DNA of 64,000 bases, taken from an uncultured Candidatus Saccharibacteria bacterium. GTDB taxonomy: Bacteria > Patescibacteriota > Doudnabacteria > UBA920. Where the stretch lies: contig CAYLIB010000002.1 of the NCBI GenBank assembly GCA_964384035.1, positions 28,704-92,703 on the forward strand, given 5' to 3'. Of the stretch, positions 57,976 through 64,000 are shown piece by piece; within the stretch, counting starts at the first letter, position 1, and every line of letters begins with the position of its first letter. Both the position numbers and the translations under genes were made by a program. The notes beneath the pieces were generated by a model that worked only from the letters and a program-made list of their open reading frames with translations, was not told the origin of the DNA and did not search any database.

Positions 57976-58673
57976 TAAAAAGTAGTGAGCGATTTTTCTA
58001 TAACCCCAAGGTTATTTAGAAGTAGGGGGTTTGTTTTGTATAAACCCCATGCATATTCGGTGCCATATGTAAGTCCAAAGTGTCTCGCCATTGCGAGTAG
58101 TAAGTCTGAGTATTTTCTGGTTTGCATCTGGGTTTCGTGAATCGCCATAAGTTTTTTCCAATCCTCAACTTGCTCGGTAATATCTATAAGTATGTCTGGT
58201 CTAGAGTTTAAGTTTGGGGTACTAGGATACATGAACAAATTTTTCACAAAATGCACTGGCTCGTTTTTCATTTCCTCAATTCCTCCGTACCGAGCAAACC
58301 TGCAAGCATCACGACCCATGCGTGCCATAGCAGTGTGGTCTGGGTGTTGGTCTTCAGTAGTTTGTGGTATCAAAATTACATCCGGTTTCGCTTTTCTAAT
58401 TTCCAAAACCAGTTTAAAAGCGTTTTGTCTATTGTATTCAATATGGCAGTCTCCACCAAAGTCAAAAAAGTCTACACTCGCGCCCAACATTTCACCGGCT
58501 TTTCTAGCTTCTGCCTCTCTTTCCTCAGGCGTTCCATTAGTAGCCGCCTCACCCTTAGAAGCAATAACCAATTGTATTTCGGAACCGATTGCTTTTTCTT
58601 TTAATAAAATTGCTCCAACTCCAAATTCTATGTCGTCCGGGTGTGTACCAATTACCAATATTTTTGTGCTCAT
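57975..58673 (-). CDS. PIG-L/LmbE-family N-acetylglucosaminyl deacetylase (BshB/MshB-like)
   Basis: ILVIGTHPDDIEFGVGAIL is the PIG-L HPDDE zinc-binding motif. 232 aa. Confidence 0.8.
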   Translation of the reverse strand: MSTKILVIGTHPDDIEFGVGAILLKEKAIGSEIQLVIASKGEAATNGTPEEREAEARKAGEMLGASVDFFDFGGDCHIEYNRQNAFKLVLEIRKAKPDVILIPQTTEDQHPDHTAMARMGRDACRFARYGGIEEMKNEPVHFVKNLFMYPSTPNLNSRPDILIDITEQVEDWKKLMAIHETQMQTRKYSDLLLAMARHFGLTYGTEYAWGLYKTNPLLLNNLGVIEKSLTTF

Positions 58674-58686
58674 AATATTTTCAAAA

Positions 58687-59469
58687 TTAAATAATAGTTT
58701 CTTTAAAATTTATATATGCATCATTAGGGTTGGCTATATCTTCCCTTAGAACAAAATTCACTCCCTCTACGTTTTGTGTATTTAGATATTCTTTCTCAGA
58801 AGCACCCAGCACGTAGTGAGTACAATTAATTACTGACTGCATCCATCCGAATCTCGTGTCTCTAGCCGGTGAAATTTTTTCTTTATCAAAAGCGGGTAGG
58901 GGAAGCTTTATTATTTTATTACCACCCTCATGCAGTTCAAGTCGATTTTCTCTAAACCTGCCTCTCACTATTTCTCCTTCATATTCAGTGTCAACAAAAA
59001 AATCTTCCACCTCAATAGCGCTTCGTCTAACAGCGGGGTCGCTAGATCTAATAATATCGACCCCCTCTAGAATTCCAAGTTTTTGGTACATTCGAATACA
59101 AAACCCAGCCGCTGTATCGGATTTAACGTCCTTAAATATTTGTACGAGTTCTTTATTTACATATTGGGGAAGTTTTCTCGATATTTCCTCCTGCCAACCC
59201 ATCGGTATTCTTTTACAGTAAAGAGGGCTAAATTTTTTTTGGATTTTATTTTCTTGAACAAAATTCAAATTTGCTCGCACACCACTCTGTCTGTCTATTA
59301 AAGTTGTAACTGTTTCTCTGTAGTCACTGTCGGAGTCGTGACAAAACCAAACTATGCTTCCACCTATTTCTTTCTGTAATTTTTTAGCAGTTTCTATCTT
59401 TGAAACAAAGAATCTTTTTGGAAAAAAACCATTCGGTTGCTGACCTATGCAAATAATTGGTTCGCGCAT
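58687..59469 (-). CDS. hypothetical protein (260 aa), co-directional with the PIG-L deacetylase
   Basis: ORF with a 13-bp gap to the downstream gene. No recognised motif. Confidence 0.5.
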   Translation of the reverse strand: MREPIICIGQQPNGFFPKRFFVSKIETAKKLQKEIGGSIVWFCHDSDSDYRETVTTLIDRQSGVRANLNFVQENKIQKKFSPLYCKRIPMGWQEEISRKLPQYVNKELVQIFKDVKSDTAAGFCIRMYQKLGILEGVDIIRSSDPAVRRSAIEVEDFFVDTEYEGEIVRGRFRENRLELHEGGNKIIKLPLPAFDKEKISPARDTRFGWMQSVINCTHYVLGASEKEYLNTQNVEGVNFVLREDIANPNDAYINFKETII

Positions 59470-59582
59470 ATTTTGTTATTGGAAGTACCTTAATGTAGTC
59501 ATTGTAGCGAATAGAGTCAAAGCGGTAAAATTATGTTACAATGGTAAAAATACATAAATAATCCATGTATTTTTAGTTAATT

Positions 59583-60080
59583 ATGAATGAAAATTCTAAA
59601 AAGAGTATTATCTTCGTTTTACTTTTTGCGATTATAATATCTCTAGGTGTAATGGTCTATTTTAAAACTCAAAAAGGTAGTGTTTCTAAGTCTAACGTTT
59701 CAGGCGATCCTCAAACTATTAGCCCACAAAATACTCCGGATCAGACTCCTCCAAAAGATGTTGTTCCAGAGGCTAAGCCCGAAGAAGTTAAGCCTGTTAG
59801 TGGAAAATTACCTTACGAACAGGCATTGGAAAATTATAAGAGTAGTGGCTATAGGATTCAGCTTTCAAATTGTTCAGGAATTCCTGGCAAAATGAATATC
59901 AAGCAAGGTACTAAGTTTATGGTGGATAATAGGGATTCAGTAAAGCACATCGTAAAGTTAGCGAGTGTGTCTAGGTCTGTTGCTTCTTACGACTACGAGG
60001 TGTTTGTAGCACCAAAATATGGAACATACCATCTCACTTGCGACGGTAAAGGTTCGGCTGAATTAAATGTATACCCTTAA
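59583..60080 (+). CDS. secreted hypothetical protein (N-terminal TM/signal, Pro-rich linker)
   Basis: IIFVLLFAIIISLGVMVYF anchor. 165 aa. Confidence 0.5.
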   Translation: MNENSKKSIIFVLLFAIIISLGVMVYFKTQKGSVSKSNVSGDPQTISPQNTPDQTPPKDVVPEAKPEEVKPVSGKLPYEQALENYKSSGYRIQLSNCSGIPGKMNIKQGTKFMVDNRDSVKHIVKLASVSRSVASYDYEVFVAPKYGTYHLTCDGKGSAELNVYP

Positions 60081-60085
60081 GTGCA

Positions 60086-60118
60086 TAAAAAACAGAAGTT
60101 AAAACTTCTGTTTTTTTT
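60086..60118. terminator. bidirectional intrinsic terminator between convergent genes
   Basis: aacagaagtt-aaaa-cttctgtt flanked by A-run and T-run. Confidence 0.6.
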
Positions 60119-60120
60119 AA

Positions 60121-61083
60121 TTAACGAGTCCTAAAGAATTCACTTAGTCTAGCCTTAAGAGGTTTATTGCATACTTTATTAAGCTCCTCAAGGTCTGAGC
60201 TTGTAGCTAATGCATTTTTTGACTGATTCAGTCTATACATTATGGAGTCCTTATCGTCTACATGTTCTAGGCCAAGTGAATGTCCTAGCTCGTGTGCTAA
60301 AACTCTTTCTAGTTGAGATCTTGTATCGAATTGGTAAATCTCTATTCGTTCTCCCGAAATATCACTTTTGTATACGCCTTCTTGAAACTCCTCACCTTGG
60401 TTACTGCCAATGGTATTGTATAAATTCACATTTAGGTTTAATTCATATGCAATTCTATTGAGTTGTCCGGCTAAAGCATTTAGGTCAGCAGCGAGATCAT
60501 TTATTTCTGCTCTTAGGACATTGAGATCTGAAATCTGTTCATTAAGCTTTTTCTGTTCACTTTGTAGTTTCTCGTATTCATTTTTTGGTGCACCACCCTT
60601 TGTGTTCCAATATTGTACATTCTTTTCAAACTGGCTTTTGCGTATATTAAACTCTGATTCCTGAGTTTGATAATTGGCTAGTTTTTGTTTGTATAGATTC
60701 TCTTTCTGAGAATATATAGCTTTAAGATTATCGTAAGTAGCTTTGCTTGAGTCAATACTTAAACCTAATTTTTTTAATCGCTCGGTTGCTTCTTGCCTAC
60801 TATCGAATACAAGACTTATTTTTAAGCTCCCATTTTCTGAGTATTCAAATAAATTTTTAGACGTAGGTGATTCCCATACTTTTTCAGTTTTATCAAGAAT
60901 TTGAATTAAATCTTGTTTTGAGATATTAAACCTAGGATCGATTTTTTCTATCTGATAAGTAATAGGGGAGGAGCAGGTGCTGAATTTCGCTAGTAATTTA
61001 TTGAAGGTGCTTTTGCTGTTTAAATAATATATGCCGGTGACTATTAAGCTAACTAAGCTAATTATTATGAATAATTTCTTCAT
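60121..61083 (-). CDS. membrane-anchored zinc metallopeptidase of the metzincin type (matrixin-like) with coiled-coil region
   Basis: HELGHSLGLEHVDDKDSIMY is HExxHxxGxxH plus a Met-turn. N-terminal TM. Confidence 0.7.
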   Translation of the reverse strand: MKKLFIIISLVSLIVTGIYYLNSKSTFNKLLAKFSTCSSPITYQIEKIDPRFNISKQDLIQILDKTEKVWESPTSKNLFEYSENGSLKISLVFDSRQEATERLKKLGLSIDSSKATYDNLKAIYSQKENLYKQKLANYQTQESEFNIRKSQFEKNVQYWNTKGGAPKNEYEKLQSEQKKLNEQISDLNVLRAEINDLAADLNALAGQLNRIAYELNLNVNLYNTIGSNQGEEFQEGVYKSDISGERIEIYQFDTRSQLERVLAHELGHSLGLEHVDDKDSIMYRLNQSKNALATSSDLEELNKVCNKPLKARLSEFFRTR

Positions 61084-61090
61084 AATAGAA

Positions 61091-62098
61091 TTATAGACTA
61101 TTAGAGGTAAAATTCTTTATAACTTTAATTGCATCATCAGTATTATTAGTGTTGTAAAGTTTTTCTCTCAGTTCTGCGCACCCTGAAAAGTCCGCTACGT
61201 AAGATTTAAAGTGTTTTTTCATAAGTGCAAACGGTTTTTCCTTGCCAAAAAGTTTGCCAAAAATTTCTATATGTTCGGTTAGTACGTTAAGTTTGGTTTC
61301 CAGGTTTACCTTTTTGTTTTCAATAGAGAATAAGAAAGGATTACCAAAAATACCACGTCCTATCATAACTCCGTCGCATCCGGTTTGGTTTACTTTCTCC
61401 TTGGCTTCATCTGGGGATTGTACGTCACCATTTCCTAAAATGAGCGGTCTTTTAGAACTATTGGTTTCTTTTTCAACAAATCTTATTATGTCAGGCATTA
61501 TCTCCCAGTGTGCAGGAACTTTGGACATTTCTTTTCTAGTTCTTAAATGTATTGTAATTGCCGCTGGTTCAACCTCAAGTAAATTGTATATCCAGTTTTC
61601 CCAATCTATTTTAGCGTCGCCAATTCTTATTTTTACAGATACAGGAAGATTGGGTGCACCAGACTTTGTTTTTCTTACTATATCTTGAGCAAGTTTTTGG
61701 TTATTGAATAATGCTGCGCACGACCCTTGTTTCATTACCGCTTTATCCGGGCATCCCATATTTATGTCTATACCATCGAATCTCATATCTTGAAGCAGTC
61801 TTGCGGTGCCTTCGTATTTTTCCGGATGGGCCCCAAAAATCTGAGCAACAATTGGTCTTTCTTCCTCGCTATATAATAGATGGTGTTTGAGTTTCTCAAG
61901 GCCAGCGCTCATTAATCCGTCCGTGGAGACAAACTCTGTCCACATGACATCGGGTTTACCATACTTGGCAATTACACGCCGAAAAGCTTCATCCGTAACA
62001 TCATACATCGGAGCGAGAGCTAAAATAGGTTTATTTAGTTTTTCCCAAAAATTAATCATAGATAGAAGGATACTAGCATCTATGAAAAATATTGACAA
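61091..62098 (-). CDS. dus: tRNA-dihydrouridine synthase
   Basis: ILALAPMYDVTDEAFRRVI, DINMGCP and IHLRT are Dus-family TIM-barrel motifs. 335 aa. Confidence 0.85.
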   Translation of the reverse strand: MSIFFIDASILLSMINFWEKLNKPILALAPMYDVTDEAFRRVIAKYGKPDVMWTEFVSTDGLMSAGLEKLKHHLLYSEEERPIVAQIFGAHPEKYEGTARLLQDMRFDGIDINMGCPDKAVMKQGSCAALFNNQKLAQDIVRKTKSGAPNLPVSVKIRIGDAKIDWENWIYNLLEVEPAAITIHLRTRKEMSKVPAHWEIMPDIIRFVEKETNSSKRPLILGNGDVQSPDEAKEKVNQTGCDGVMIGRGIFGNPFLFSIENKKVNLETKLNVLTEHIEIFGKLFGKEKPFALMKKHFKSYVADFSGCAELREKLYNTNNTDDAIKVIKNFTSNSL

Positions 62099-62120
62099 TT
62101 ATACGCAAAAACAGTATAAT
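62093..62120 (+). promoter_or_regulatory. near-consensus sigma70 promoter
   Basis: TTGACA at 62093-62098, 16-bp spacer, TATAAT at 62115-62120. Confidence 0.5.
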
Positions 62121-62164
62121 TTGGCATTACTGCTCAAATTTCCAAAACAAGAAAGAGGAAAAAT

Positions 62165-63181
62165 ATGACTCGTGAAATTGTCGATAGACGTATTGTCGCG
62201 CCCTATGGCGGCAGCAACACACTAATGCAGGTCAATGGTTTGTCGTGTGTCTTGCACACACCCAAAGCCTGGACCAGCGCGCAGCCCGGGCTTCCCGAAT
62301 GCGCCCCGCGCCCCGCCTTCGCAGTAGACGAATATGTAAACTGTCCCGAAAGCTGGGTTCGTGGATCAGCCGACACCTCCAGTTATTTCGTGGCTGTGAA
62401 TAACGGCCAGGGTTTGTGGCTGGACTTCAACCAAAACCAGCACCATACCCATCACGTCGCTGTGTTGGTCTCGGTCCAAAAGGTTAACCCGATCACCACT
62501 ATGGTGGTCGAGGACAACCGAATCGAACAATACACCGACACCTGCCCCATTCACTCGGTGAAGTTCGGGCAAGATCGTTTCTGCTCGAAATGCGGTTGGA
62601 AATGGGACAAGCAAAACTACCTCTCTTCCGCTGGCACTCCGATCGGAAGCTTCTGGCTCGACGGATTCAAGACCGTGAACGGCGAAGTCAGGCAATATGT
62701 CCTAACGCTTGACACGGAGCGGGGAGTCGCGGCGCAAGTTGTGGGGGATGATAGAGTCTACGCGATCGGTATCGCGTTTTACCTTTCCAAAAACCCCAAA
62801 CCAGCGCCAGTGGTAGACCATTATCGTCGTCGCATGACACTCGGTGGTGGAGCTGTCGCCAAAGTTGGTCATGATAATCTTGAGACGCTTGTTTACCGTG
62901 GGTCATCTCGTGGTGGAACCCTGTCCATACCCTCACGCAGTCTCGATCGAGGTTTCGAAGCCGACACTTTCGAAATCGCTGCGGGTGAGCAGATCAAGCA
63001 AATCATCTACCCCGACCCGCTTGCGATCACCGACTACCAAGAAACCCCAGCTGGGATCATTTGCATTAACTACGTTTCGGAAGATTTCGCCCTCGATATC
63101 ATTCGTGGCGGAAAGGTTGACCGGGACGGTGGTGGTCTGGGATCCCTCAAAGGTCTGAAGGTCGGCAATAACCCCTTTTAG
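62165..63181 (+). CDS. GC-rich hypothetical protein (338 aa), compositionally foreign
   Basis: SD gaggaaaaat ATG. GC is well above the local background. Terminator-like hairpin plus T-run at 63187-63210. Confidence 0.55.
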   Translation: MTREIVDRRIVAPYGGSNTLMQVNGLSCVLHTPKAWTSAQPGLPECAPRPAFAVDEYVNCPESWVRGSADTSSYFVAVNNGQGLWLDFNQNQHHTHHVAVLVSVQKVNPITTMVVEDNRIEQYTDTCPIHSVKFGQDRFCSKCGWKWDKQNYLSSAGTPIGSFWLDGFKTVNGEVRQYVLTLDTERGVAAQVVGDDRVYAIGIAFYLSKNPKPAPVVDHYRRRMTLGGGAVAKVGHDNLETLVYRGSSRGGTLSIPSRSLDRGFEADTFEIAAGEQIKQIIYPDPLAITDYQETPAGIICINYVSEDFALDIIRGGKVDRDGGGLGSLKGLKVGNNPF

Positions 63182-63262
63182 CACAAAGCAGTCTATGCTT
63201 TGTTTTTTTATACTCATAGACTAATAATTCGCGCGCCCATGCGATTTACTAGTCTCCTAGAT

Positions 63263-63290
63263 TGACAAAATAAAATTTTTATATTATAAT
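63263..63290 (+). promoter_or_regulatory. near-consensus sigma70 promoter
   Basis: TTGACA at 63263-63268, 16-bp spacer, TATAAT at 63285-63290. Confidence 0.5.
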
Positions 63291-63298
63291 TTAGGCCT

Positions 63299-64000
63299 AT
63301 GTTAAAAACAGGAACGACCGAGAGTGGTTTTAATGGTTTAGGTATTGCTCCAAAACTACTCGCTATCCTGGATAGTAATGCGTTTACCGTACCAACGCCT
63401 ATTCAAGAACAATCGATACCCACTGCCCTAGAAGGCAAAGATATTATAGGAATCGCCCAAACCGGCACGGGCAAGACGCTTGCGTTCGGCATTCCGATGA
63501 TCCAAAGACTCGCAACCCAAAAAGGACTCGGACTTGTAGTCCTTCCAACTCGAGAATTGGCTCTTCAGGTAGAAGAGTCACTAGTTAGAGTAGGAAAACC
63601 CCTAGGTCTTAAAACCGCCGTATTAATTGGTGGTGAATCTATGGGAAAGCAATTGGGGCAACTTAGGCGAAATCCTCATGTTGTTATAGCTACTCCTGGT
63701 AGACTTATAGATCATATAGAGCAAAAAACTGTCGACCTCACCAAGACTACAATTTTAGTATTGGACGAAGCAGATAGAATGCTCGATATGGGTTTTGCTC
63801 CCCAGTTAAAGCGTATTTTAGTTACTGTTCCAAAAGAACGCCAAACTATGCTTTTCTCAGCCACAATGCCAGCAGAAATTACCAAAATTGCTTCCGGCTA
63901 TATGAAGCTACCAGTTAGAGTCGAAGTTGCTCCTCCGGGAACAACTGCGAAAAAAGTTACCCAAGAGCTTTTCTTTGTACCGAAAAATTCTAAGCCAGAA
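63299..64000 (+). CDS. DEAD-box ATP-dependent RNA helicase (3' partial, runs off the window)
   Basis: Q-motif (FTVPTPIQEQSIP), motif I AQTGTGKT, motif Ia PTRELA, motif II LVLDEADRMLDMGF. No stop before position 64000. Confidence 0.85.
   Translation, partial: MLKTGTTESGFNGLGIAPKLLAILDSNAFTVPTPIQEQSIPTALEGKDIIGIAQTGTGKTLAFGIPMIQRLATQKGLGLVVLPTRELALQVEESLVRVGKPLGLKTAVLIGGESMGKQLGQLRRNPHVVIATPGRLIDHIEQKTVDLTKTTILVLDEADRMLDMGFAPQLKRILVTVPKERQTMLFSATMPAEITKIASGYMKLPVRVEVAPPGTTAKKVTQELFFVPKNSKPE

Noticed and set aside
58192-58749. 185-aa plus-strand ORF overlapping the PIG-L deacetylase and the next gene
   Set aside because: It is antisense to a gene with the HPDDE motif and runs across an intergenic gap. 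It is spurious.
61242-61688. 148-aa plus-strand ORF inside dus
   Set aside because: Antisense to the well-supported Dus frame.

Overview
This is an AT-rich bacterial window of about 38% GC, with compact genes, strong AGGAGG-type ribosome-binding sites and many small hypothetical or secreted proteins. The style resembles an uncultivated, possibly Patescibacteria/CPR-like, genome, but that is inference only. Three tRNAs are present, all on the minus strand: tRNA-Pro(TGG) at 609-682, tRNA-Lys(CTT) at 39724-39799 and tRNA-Arg(TCG) at 40166-40242.

The standout region is a GC-enriched island at roughly 1430-14050 (extending perhaps to 15000), where local GC looks like about 50-55% by eye. It carries a tellurite-resistance (Ter)-type stress module: TerC, two TerD-domain proteins, a vWA (TerY-like) protein and a coiled-coil protein. 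Linked to it is a dense biosynthetic cassette of two genes that together encode three phosphoribosyltransferase (PRTase) domains, bracketed by two HAD-family phosphatases. A divergent pair of TPM-domain proteins lies at the island's left end. Nearly every gene in the island has its own near-consensus promoter (TTGACAaaa, about 17 bp, TATAAT) and its own intrinsic terminator. The island abuts a tRNA-Pro locus with three tandem copies of the tRNA 5' fragment plus its promoter, and a 17-bp copy of the tRNA 3' end.

The remainder is housekeeping and envelope functions:
- a glycogen operon: cupin, alpha-glucan phosphorylase, an unknown protein, glycogen synthase and a CHAT/caspase-like protein, with translational coupling through ATGA overlaps
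- a 1382-aa Thr/Ser/Gly-rich secreted surface protein followed by a GT-C glycosyltransferase with TPR repeats
- a type IV pilus assembly cluster, pilB-pilC-pilM-pilN-pilO
- TypA/BipA, zwf, a short-form 6-phosphogluconate dehydrogenase, an AI-2E transporter, an ABC exporter, GT2/GT4/GT-C glycosyltransferases, a PIG-L deacetylase, a metzincin, Dus, and a DEAD-box helicase truncated at the window end

No CRISPR array, integrase or transposase was recognised.
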